Made by a program: the position numbers and the translations under genes. This document shows positions 9,501 to 19,498 of a stretch of 64,000 nucleotides of DNA, in pieces; within the stretch, counting starts at the first letter, position 1, and each line of letters opens with the position of its first letter. The stretch spans positions 1,302,001-1,366,000 of the forward strand of contig CM106586.1 of the NCBI GenBank assembly GCA_048013815.1, read 5' to 3'. Source of the stretch: Setoptus koraiensis (lineage: Eukaryota > Animalia > Arthropoda). A model generated the notes under the pieces. It was not told the DNA's origin and did no database searches. It was given only the letters and a program-made list of their open reading frames with translations.

Positions 9501-12500
9501 ACAACCTGTTGCAATTTATTTCTATTTGAAATTTTGATATTCTTCACCGGCTTGTGTATATCTGTCTGTCTAGCCTTTTTTCTCTGTCTGTGCATTAATT
9601 TGGTCACCATTAAATTTATTATGATGATCATCATTTCATCATGATTGACCAATTCTTCTCTTGCCTAATTCATACAGATTAAATTAAGTTCAATGTAATA
9701 CATGCGTTCTAACTAACACCCAACAACAGCAGCGAAAGTCATTCACATCGGTCATTCGTCTAGCTGGCTAATGACCGACATTTGAAGCATGTTGCTGTTG
9801 TTATTGTTGTCAAATAAGCCAAGGTGATATTGTTGTCAGTATTGAGACTCGCAAAGTTCACTCTTCTTTTATCTTGGTTTTATGGTGTTTGTCCAGAGAT
9901 GATGATAATCATAACGATGGTGATCTAATACTAACTTAATGCTACTGCTCGCAGCTGTAATAGTTTAGATCGAAAACCATTCTTGAAAGGTGAAACGCAG
10001 CACAAGAGATGATCAAACCTTTTGGCGAGAGTGATCCCCAATTTTGAACGAAATCATGATGGCATATATATACATATATATATACATATATATATTAATA
10101 TTGATGATAAAAATAGTAGTTGCTCCGTGCGTGTGTTATGGTCAAACATTTACAAACTTAATTATAGATGGCAATTAACTCATTGTTGTGCATGTTATCC
10201 GTATTATGCAAATCAATTGTAACCAGCGGTTGTTGATGCCAACGATGATCAGTATTAGTGTTGGCTAATCTATTGGGAACAACCAACAAAAGGTTACAGG
10301 TGGCAGATCGATATAATTGGCCATAAATGAGTATAGATCTTTTAAATCGCAGCAACAGCGAACACAACAACAACAGGGGAGAATCACACACAAAATTAAA
10401 TTACTGATTTAATCAGGTTTTAGTTGTTGTTGGTCACCTTGAACTTGTATACCTCGTTGGCAACTAAATTGGAAGAAAACCTTCAACACTCACCCTGTCT
10501 GAATTACTAATTTACTACTTGGCTTGCTAAATTTACCGTCATACAATGTCAATGCAGTTGTATATGTAAACACAATTGTAAATTGTACTGATTGCGTTTG
10601 AAGATATTGAAAATTGTTTCTATTTAAATTTAGCTAGACTCTACCGTTACTTCAACAAGCATCATCGCTGTGATTGCGTAAGATAATTTTTGTCTAAATT
10701 CTTGTGACGCCACACAAATATTTATCAATCTAACACATAATAATAGAAATTTATAGGATTGTGTTTTAGATTGACGATTGGCATAAAAATATGGATAAGA
10801 TCCTCAAAATAAGGAACTTCCTAAATGATTCATACTGAGTCACGAGATCTATTGTTAGACTTGGCACTCTAAGCGACCTTGCCCGTATTGAGCTTGATTA
10901 ATGCCAGTCAAGTGCCTTAAACCAGCAAATCTTACAATGTTAGTCTGAATAAATATACGCTTCAATCATTAGATTCAGAGTGAATTTCCAGCTTGGTCCC
11001 ATAAAATCGGAGACATACCATCTGCATGTTGATTGCACGATTAGGGAAGACAGGAACGACGAATAATTTATTTGTTTCCTCTGATAGTTGCAAATCTACG
11101 ATGAGCATAGATAATGAGTTAGTTGACTCTACGAACTAATTGTCAACCTATCGTTGATTCGCAAAGTGTCGTCGAAGAATTGGGTGACGAACAAAGCATT
11201 CAAGAAGTAAAGAAAGACTCGATGATAAGTAGTCGAATTCTTTGTAATTATTCATGTCCAATTAGAACTTGTCACTTTTATTATTTTATCACTTCGTGCA
11301 GGATTTAAAATCTATTCTAATGGATTTGTTTATTGCAAGTTCTGGTATATTGATACTATTCAAATTAAACGATTCTAAGTGCAACTTGTGCACAACATAC
11401 CTTTCACCACCTTACACGGTGTAAATACTATGGTGATTACAGACAAACAAAAAATAACAATAAATGTCGGTCATCAATTGGAAAATTATACCTTACAATC
11501 ATCGATGACTATTGGGATTTTCTATTCAAGGTAGACATGATAATTTATCACGTGGTGAGTGCGTTCTTGGTACCAAGTCAGTTCAAGCGTAATATCATCA
11601 CAATTAGATATAGGCACATATAAACTATCAGGTATCAATCGGGAATCATAAAAAGACCGTTCAAACTCAAAATCAATTCTTGCACTTAACGAGCGACTTA
11701 TAATATTACGCTGTATTGCATGAGGTTGATCTGCATGTCAGTGGTATATCCTATATCTTCTCTATAATGAAGTAATAAAGTAGCAAACAAGAAAACACTA
11801 ATCAGCATGCGTCCCGGTGTCTAAATATAATCTGACCTAAAAAAAGAATCCTGGCTTTGCCGATGGCTTGATGCCTTATTGTTTACTACTACTTAATGTA
11901 AATCGTTAACAATTATATTTACATGCTGAGACTCATGGCGTGTGGCATTGATTGACTTCGTCAATTAATTACCTCCTTATGACCTTCAATATACATTTAT
12001 CATCATCAGTGTGGCTATGTGGTACAGTGAGAGAGTTTGTCGAAAGGCTAGCCAGATCATGCATTCGATTGTTGCCATCAGGTTATATTTACACCTACCC
12101 TCGAAAAGAAAACAATTGCAACTCGATGAAACGAGACGACAGCGCTTGTTGAGCTTATTGTCGTCTTAGTGTTGTTGTTTTAGTTGCTTTACTTAACGGT
12201 CATGGGACGGTTACGCTGGATGGGATGTTGTTGGTATTTGTTGGCGTTGATTTTGAGTCTCTCTCAACAAGTGGATACTGTGTTGAATAGCTGTAATTAT
12301 ATCTTATTCTATCTAGTGATCAAAAAGTGAGAGAGGGAGACAGACAGAGACATATACATCTAGTGAATAAACATTATTCAGTCAGATAATGTGAATATCG
12401 AAAATAGTTACTCCTGTTTTACGCAACACTAACAACTGCAGCAGCAGCAGCAACAGCAACAATTACAACTAGAATAGAATAGTCAACTTAAATACAATGT

Positions 12501-13175
12501 AACTTTGGGCTATGATACCAATCTATATGGCAACAACAACTCATGCCAGCGGTAGCAACAACTAGTAACAACGCCGACGTCGATATATTGAGCAATGAGA
12601 CGATTATTAGGTCTAGAGAGTCGACCGGGAGACATTATGAGCCCACGAACATCAAGGGAGAGAGAGAGAGAGCGAAAGAAAAAATGGATAAGCCACCATA
12701 AGGCACCACTTAAATAGAAAGAGAGTGTTTATCTCGCTCTATTGGCTAGACATGTTGTTGACATTGTGTGAGAGATTGTAGACCTCTATAATTATTTTTG
12801 TCAAGCTAGAGCAAAAAGAATAGACCCAGTGAGCACAACACACTGTGATAGAATCTCAATAGAAATAGATCTGTCTCTTGTAATCTTCTACAGAGATCTT
12901 CTGTTGTCGTTGCGTTCATATGACACTATTCCACCTAGCCACAAGAGAAGTAACTCTCTATTTAGATACTTGTACTTTCGAAGTTCAAGCAACTTGGAAC
13001 AACTTGGTTCGATTATAAAAGTAACTACAGTATTGTGTTGTGACTATGATAGTCTGATCACCATGCTGCTGATACTATCACAAGATGATGACACAAGCAA
13101 GTACAGTGTGTGACATCATCGTTGCTAAAGCCACTGTACACACCAGTCTATCCGAGTGGAAAAGTTGGTTGAAGG

Positions 13176-13250
13176 GAGACAGAGAGACAGACAGACAGAG
13201 ACGGAGACAGACAGACAGACAGACAGAGACGGAGACAGAGAGACAGACAG
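13176..13250 (+). repeat. Compound (GACA)n/(GAGAC) microsatellite
   Basis: Read directly: gagacagagagacagacagacagagacggagacagacagac... Confidence 0.85.
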
Positions 13251-13384
13251 AAAGGGAGAACGGCTTCTTCGCAAACTAGTTCGACAGATATAAAGTAAAG
13301 TTGTCAACTTTTCTCAAAATACAAATAATCGAAAGTGTTTCACTTCTTCTTCTTTAATTCATCTCATCATATCTTTGAATGATG

Positions 13385-13417
<33 letters not shown>

Positions 13418-13767
13418 GGTGTGCTGACATCCAGTACCGAATTCGCACTACCTTCAGTTGTTGTATTTAATGGCGGATCTTCCAAAGACAGCAACAAAAA
13501 CAGACTCTTGTTACGCAACCATGTGACAAATGTAATTGCTGAATATTGGCGGCGGGGAAGTAACAGGCGTTGCTGTTGCCGGGCTTGCACCCTATGAGTA
13601 AAGTTTTCTATCCAGTCATAACGAATGAGTTGGGTTTTTTAGAGGCAACAACAACAACAACAACAATAAACTTAACAATGGTGATAATAATGATACAAAC
13701 GATAATCATTTTTTTAAAATCAAACCTCAATCGTGACGTCAATAGAGAGACGCTCGTTTAAAGCTTG

Positions 13768-13989
13768 TCAGGCCAACATTTCAACAGTGTTCAATTTATT
13801 GATCAAACTTAACACCTCTTCTCTATCTAATTCGAGAACTAAATTCTTAATTGTCTTGTCTCTAGTTTCTAGTATTAATTTAAGCTGCAACATTGGTTTG
13901 TTTAATTTTGCTGCCGAGTCCGACGACAGAACGAGTTTGTATTTCCAATCATAATTAATTAAGCGGTGAACTCTATCATTCCCATCCAT
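13768..13989 (-). CDS. COMMD8: COMM-domain protein (COMMD8-like), COMM domain only, 73 aa
   Basis: LINYDWKYKLVLSSDSAAKLNKPMLQLKL...LVLELDREEVLSLINKL matches the COMM signature (DW.+KL.LSSD...L..P+L.L...+E+.REE+..LI..L). An in-frame TAG lies 8 codons upstream of the ATG. An upstream exon cannot be excluded. Confidence 0.75.
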   Translation of the reverse strand: MDGNDRVHRLINYDWKYKLVLSSDSAAKLNKPMLQLKLILETRDKTIKNLVLELDREEVLSLINKLNTVEMLA

Positions 13990-14746
13990 TGGCGAATTGT
14001 TGTTGTTTGTTGTCTCCGACTAGAACTATAAATAAATTATGATTCTAAATGAATGTTATGCAAAAAGTTGTATCATCAAACTTTGTTCTACAAATTGCTG
14101 TTTGTCCGGACGGCTTCCAAGTACCTCATCGCCAATATCATAAAGTTGCGATATTTAAGTTTATACACCGACACCTGTTGTGGTGTCCAGCGCGAGATTC
14201 AATTGATATTCAACTCCAATGAGCAATGAAAGCCATTGTCGATAGTGACGATGAAGTTGGTTTGATAGAAAAGAGTTTCATAGTGAGGGTGCTAATTGGG
14301 TTTTTAATTCAAGATAAATGAAATGACAAATGTCATTGTTGATGATTCTGTGCGCCAGCATAAATGACTTGAATATCTTACAATGCACACTGAGCCCAAT
14401 TTATTCCTTTTTCAGTTTTCCAACGCACAATGTGTGCACATGTGCACTCAATTGCTTGTGTTTTTGCTAACACAAATCTGTGAGCATGTGAGAATTATCA
14501 TGCGCCCACTAGATGATTTTTGTGTGCCAAAAACTGTATCGCATGCGAGATTTGAGCAGTCTGAGCTCCTGTTGACAGCGAGCGCCTCCTGGAGATTATC
14601 TCGAAAGTAAATTTAGTTTCAATTTTGCCGCCTGACAAACAAATAAAAACACTCGTTCCTGAGGACGTGCGCGTGTATCTCGCGAATTAAAATAAAAATA
14701 ATCCCTATTACACTCTCTTTTTTATTTATAAAATATCCCACCAATC

Positions 14747-15097
14747 ATGTCATCCGTAATTAAGGCCCTGGACAAAACAACCAGGCGTCTTCTAACTAAA
14801 ACTAATCGACCTAAACAGCCAAGATCGCCTTGCAACTTTTACACAATGGAAAAATTCAAAGAGGGTCAATTCAAGGGCACCGTCTCGGAAAATTCTCACA
14901 AGACTAAGCAAATTTTCGAGGCATACAAACGATTGAATGATCGAGAGCGCCAGCGATACATTGATGAGGCGGAAAAGGACAAGATTAGATTCAAGAATGA
15001 GTTCAATCAATGGTACTCAACAATTCAAAACAATGAGAATCTAGTTGGCGTGGCCAATGCACTTAAGGAAAAATATCAACGCTTGGGTCATCTGTAA
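14747..15097 (+). CDS. Single HMG-box protein resembling TFAM HMG box B, 116 aa
   Basis: RPKQPRSPCNFY...YKRLNDRERQRYIDEAEKDKIRFKNEFNQW is an HMG-box pattern. The basic N-terminus without acidic clusters could be a short mitochondrial targeting peptide. AATAAA at 15105, just after the stop. Confidence 0.75.
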   Translation: MSSVIKALDKTTRRLLTKTNRPKQPRSPCNFYTMEKFKEGQFKGTVSENSHKTKQIFEAYKRLNDRERQRYIDEAEKDKIRFKNEFNQWYSTIQNNENLVGVANALKEKYQRLGHL

Positions 15098-15098
15098 G

Positions 15099-15307
15099 TG
15101 TTTAAATAAAATTGCTTGTGCAAGATGAATGAGACAAGACAATTATGGCTGAACTCGGCATCATTTGTGAATAGTGTTCTTAGATAATACAATATACTCC
15201 TTATAATGTGCGTCACAATTTGCACATAGTATCTCAGTTCTATCTAGATTGTGATTCTCTGCCAGTGGTAGTGTTAACTCCCACAGAAAATAAATCTTCA
15301 ACATATT
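15099..15307 (-). pseudogene. Decayed duplicate of the msrB 3' region (downstream flank plus a frameshifted coding fragment)
   Basis: 15099-15198 aligns without gaps to 18254-18353 (80/100 identical by hand count). 15205-15307 aligns to msrB coding 18529-18633 with a 2-nt deletion. About 170 nt between the two blocks is missing in this copy. Confidence 0.9.
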
Positions 15308-15486
15308 ATTGTGAGAATAATCAATAAAATTCCATAGTTTTCGCTAAGTTCTATTAGTCTATAGTGCTCGAACTTGCATCATTTATTGAAAAAAGGTTGG
15401 AATTATTGGAATGTAGTATGAAACCGAAATAGACGAATTGACTCGAGCTAAACATTAAAACGACAAAAGTATTGAGTTAATCATAC

Positions 15487-17499
15487 TCAGTGATATCCAA
15501 CGTTGATAGGAGCACCTTGAGATATTGTTTCCTTGGCGCGTAAACCTAGTACACCTTTCTGCAATAAATATTCACTGTTAGGATTCATTGAATGTTCCGT
15601 TAGTCTGTATGAGGTAAATGAACCGATTGCAATATTCTCATCAGTTGTGCTGTCGTATATTCGAAACATATTTGATAGTGCAAACATGAATATCTCCGCT
15701 AAGCGATCGTAATCAACTGTGTACTCTATCCACCGTTCCTCTATGAAATCCAACATGTCAATAAGAGGACTGCCAAATTTACTGGGCACAATGTTGGTGT
15801 CCTTGCAAAAGACTCTATAGGTGGTCTTGTTTTTGTTACAATTGCCATTCTTGTTAGTTGTCATACCTTGTAACCCATCTTCGGCGCCATTTGCGTATAC
15901 TTTTTCGTCTCGGAAGCGGAAATGAAGTCTCTGATTCTTGATGCTCATGTACATCCTCAAATAGAGTGACAGCTCCGCGTTCTTGGATTCCTGAAGAGAA
16001 TTACTTTCATCTTTAGAATTTAGTAAACATTCAAACCTTTGATGTATAATTGTGTCTGATTTCTGACACTTAACCGAGCAATAATTGAATTTCTGACACG
16101 TGTCGCACGTGTAAATAACTGAACCTGTTAAATTGGTCAAACACAGATTGCAATATTGTTTCTTATATTGTGGTAAAACGACATAGAAACATGGAATACC
16201 GTCTCTTATATAGTCTCCTTGTATGTATTTCTTTTCGGCTGTTTTATGGTTCTGGCAGCTAATTAGATACTTGGCAAGCTGATCTGCACTGCTACTTAGA
16301 GATCCAAACGCCTCAATTGAATGTCGCTTTTCGTATATTTCATCAAATGGAGGGACGCCAAACGCGGACCTGTCCACAGAGTCTCCTAATATAGCGAATG
16401 ATTCTAGCGCCAGCAAGTTTTCAACATATGTATCAAAATGTTCCTTATTCGGCCACTTCTTCGACAAAGCAATCATTTCTTTGAGAGTGAGCATTCCGAG
16501 TAGAAGGTTGCCGCGGTAGGAATGAGTATGATAAGTCCTTCGAAGTACATTGAATTCGAATTCGTCTCTTTCCAAAGGTGTCAACTTTTGGCAAAACGGA
16601 CAGTTGCACGTAAAATAATGTGTCGACTTCATGCTAGTGTAAAACTCATCTCTTGGCTCAGGGTCAGTGTAATGGATATACATTTCATCACCTGATTTGA
16701 TCGGCTTGAGAGCCAACAGTTTCATTTCGTCTCTTTCAAAGAAAAATCTTACATTGGCTTCGCAAGAATGGTCGAAGATGGCTGTCTCAATAAACAGTCC
16801 AAAAGCCAATGGCTTCTCCTGCTTCTTTGCTATCTCAAAAGCATTGGATTTAATTATGCCCATTATGACTAGTAGATCGTCTGAGCACCAATCATATTTA
16901 GGGCCCAATATTTCCTTGTATATATTCTTGAAAAGCCAGAATGTGTCTACGAAAGCACCTGATTTGATCTTGTCGAAGTGGCTTATGAGCTCTAAAAAGT
17001 TTCGCTTATGACCATTGAAACAAGTGAAATCTTTGTACAATATTCCAGACGATTCCTCATTATGGTCACCAGATTGGTTTTTGGTTTTTTTGGAATTCCT
17101 CAGAATGAGATATATACGTGCCATTAATCTACATAATGTCGTCTGTTCCACAAGTATTCGTTTTTTGTCCTTTTTATATAGATCACATTCCTTGAATTTA
17201 TGTGCCTCATTCCAATCGGCAATCTGACATTCTTTGCTACAATAGTAGAATGTTCCACACGCCTTACATCGTTGCAAGTGGGTTTTATTCTCATCGAGAC
17301 AGTAATCACACAATTTGCCCTTGCATGATTCATGCAATGCCTTTGAAAATGGGCGACATGATGTGATGAAATCACCTGTGTTATATCCTTGGATGGCCTT
17401 TGTAGGAACTGGTCGTCTAGATTCCTGTGATAACAATTGTTTTTCCGCCAGGTTCATTTTGTGAAAAGAAGATAATCTAGGAAAATTGAATTGTAACAT
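15487..17499 (-). CDS. SMYD-family SET/MYND protein with two tandem SET-MYND modules, intronless, 670 aa
   Basis: MYND1 CDYC...CKAC...YYCSKECQ...H...EC; SET1 IIKSNAF...FDHSCEANV...YIHY with post-SET CNCPFC. MYND2 CNLC...CDTC...YCSVKCQ...H...EC; SET2 ALSNMF...EHSMNPN...INVGYH, then stop. Confidence 0.9.
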   Translation of the reverse strand: MLQFNFPRLSSFHKMNLAEKQLLSQESRRPVPTKAIQGYNTGDFITSCRPFSKALHESCKGKLCDYCLDENKTHLQRCKACGTFYYCSKECQIADWNEAHKFKECDLYKKDKKRILVEQTTLCRLMARIYLILRNSKKTKNQSGDHNEESSGILYKDFTCFNGHKRNFLELISHFDKIKSGAFVDTFWLFKNIYKEILGPKYDWCSDDLLVIMGIIKSNAFEIAKKQEKPLAFGLFIETAIFDHSCEANVRFFFERDEMKLLALKPIKSGDEMYIHYTDPEPRDEFYTSMKSTHYFTCNCPFCQKLTPLERDEFEFNVLRRTYHTHSYRGNLLLGMLTLKEMIALSKKWPNKEHFDTYVENLLALESFAILGDSVDRSAFGVPPFDEIYEKRHSIEAFGSLSSSADQLAKYLISCQNHKTAEKKYIQGDYIRDGIPCFYVVLPQYKKQYCNLCLTNLTGSVIYTCDTCQKFNYCSVKCQKSDTIIHQRFECLLNSKDESNSLQESKNAELSLYLRMYMSIKNQRLHFRFRDEKVYANGAEDGLQGMTTNKNGNCNKNKTTYRVFCKDTNIVPSKFGSPLIDMLDFIEERWIEYTVDYDRLAEIFMFALSNMFRIYDSTTDENIAIGSFTSYRLTEHSMNPNSEYLLQKGVLGLRAKETISQGAPINVGYH

Positions 17500-18406
17500 G
17501 CTGCTTTGGTTGTTTTTGGCTTTATTTGCCTGCTAACAATTAAATGATAACCGGTGCAAACCTACAACGGTATATACAATGTAATTATTCTTGGCGTGAG
17601 GCCAGAGTAGAAGGTAAATGTTTTCAAGAGGGGGATGAGATAATGCTGTTGATGTGGCAATATTTTGTCTAGACCTGTTGACAATAAATACTGTAGAGAA
17701 GAGAGCAGAGTCATTCCTTCATATCGAGATAATGAAATCTTGCTTTACAAGATGACTTGCAAGTTGCAACTCACTCGCGTCTCAACGAAAAAGATGCCCA
17801 TAGCATGTTGGAAGGTACATGTATCGGTCGATGTGATTGGTTGGTTCATGCCTATCTGTCTCCAGTATTGCAGTTGTAGTTATTTATAGTAATATTCATT
17901 CACAAGGCGCGTCTTAAGTATATCGCCTGGCATACACGCAAACAGTAAACTTATCCGGCCAAACGAGGAACAAAGGCCATGCTTGTTTAATACTGTGTGT
18001 GATGTGATCCGACAAAATTGACTCAAGATTCACAAACGACACATAATAGAGAATGGCTGAATGACAGGATTACCTGTTGAATGTTTCGAATAACTCAATC
18101 TGCCGAGGCTCAAGTCTGCCAATGGGCATGGTGTCGTGTAATGTTCTAAGAATGTATAAAACCTGGCCGATAACTAAAAAATTCAAGGGGGAAAATTTCT
18201 TTGTACTATTGGCACTATGAGGTCAGTTAAAGATTACATAATCAACTTAACAATGTTTAAATAAAATTGATTGTGTGAGATCAATACAACAGGACAATTA
18301 TGGCTGGACTTAGCCTCAGTTGAGAACAGTCTTCTTGCATAATGCAAAATACTAATGATTATGTATCACATGTGTGATTGTTAGTTGGTCGCTTCCATTT
18401 CTAAAA

Positions 18407-19498
18407 TTACAGTTTCTCGCTTGGTACGGCACTATCAGTTGATGATGCCTTAGTGAACCTTAATGACGCTGAATTAACACAATATCTTTTCTTTGATGGT
18501 TTTGGCCCATCATCAAAAACGTGACCTAAATGCGCGTCACAATTTGCACACAGTATCTCAGTTCTAACTAGATTGGGATTCTTTGCCAATAGTAGTATGT
18601 TAGCTCCCACAAGAGAGAAATCTTTAACATATTTTATCTTGCTCTTGTCTATAGAATCGAAGAAAGAAGGCCATCCGCATCCAGACTCAAATTTAGTATC
18701 GGAGGAGAACAATTCTTCCTCACAAACTACGCAATGGTATGTTCCTTTCTCTTTGAAGTCGTTATATTTTCCTGTGAAGGGTCTTTGAATGGAATAATCA
18801 ATGAAGTTAAAATTAGGGTATTGACTTGTCCAACATTTTTCCCATATGGGGAACTGTTATGCAACACTCGTAATAGTTAATAGTGACAAAAATTACCTTT
18901 CTGTGTCCTTCTCTTGTGTGACTTTGTATTCGAGGGGTGTCAAAGTAGCCCTCAGCTCTTCTTTAGTTTTGCTGAATTTTGGCTTGGATTTCTCAGTAGT
19001 TTCCTCCGACTTGGAGCCTGAGGATGTGGACATGACACGTCCAGACGAAATGAGCTCCTTTAGGGGAGCTCTAGCATCAGGATGACAAACGAGGTGATGG
19101 ATTATGGCGGAGGACAACAAGCGTCTTTGATGATTCAACTTTGATGATTGAAACAATGAAATATGATGATAATCAGTTGCTGTATCCTTGATAGAAGCAT
19201 GAAATTCATCTGAGATAAAATCTAACTCAGATGGATTAAATACTTTCTCACTATTGCTATGATTACTAGATCGATTGACTCTGACAAGTGCTACTTGTTT
19301 GTTATGGTTGAATGGTTTAATACTGCGACCATGAGATGATTCCTTTTGTGAACATATACAAGATTTTGTTGTGATTGCTGTGGTATTGTTTTTGCGATTA
19401 GTAAATGATAAAAGTAGCTTCCTATCGCGAAACGATTCGTGAAATTTGTCGAGCAGACAACGAGACGAATATATCTCTGAAACAATCGGTCCTAGCAT
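18407..19498 (-). CDS. MsrB: Methionine-R-sulfoxide reductase B (Cys type, zinc-binding); 2 exons: 19498-18897 and 18782-18407
   Basis: Exon 1 ends ...LTPLEYKVTQEKDTE-AG|GTAATT. A 114-nt intron (18896-18783) ends ...TTCAAAG. The spliced product reads TERPFTGKY...CVVC...KFESGCGWPSF...CANCDAHLGHVFDDGP...RYCVNS. The start codon is uncertain (19498 or 19033). Confidence 0.93.

Noticed and set aside
9748-9778. 9-bp perfect inverted repeat TCGGTCATT...AATGACCGA
   Set aside because: Isolated short stem, expected by chance in 64 kb, with no family resemblance.
10858-10910. CTTGGCACT (miR-96/263b-like seed) in a loose hairpin
   Set aside because: Only the seed matches and the pairing is interrupted; it cannot be supported without small-RNA data.
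12829-13141. miR-2-like seed (TATCACAG on the minus strand near 12843-12850) and an 8-bp hairpin at 13101-13139
   Set aside because: The seed has no pairing arm and the rest does not match miR-2/13. The second stem is too short for a pre-miRNA.
6600-13700. Short ORFs in the 7-kb interval between ELOVL and the COMMD gene
   Set aside because: All are under 125 aa, driven by simple repeats or lacking motifs. I recognised no tRNA, rRNA or snRNA signature here or elsewhere in the window.
17890-18250. Possible decayed second copy of the HMG gene upstream of the duplicated block (TRRVL...RP...PCLF)
   Set aside because: Only a few scattered residues match, in inconsistent frames, and no nucleotide alignment could be made by eye.
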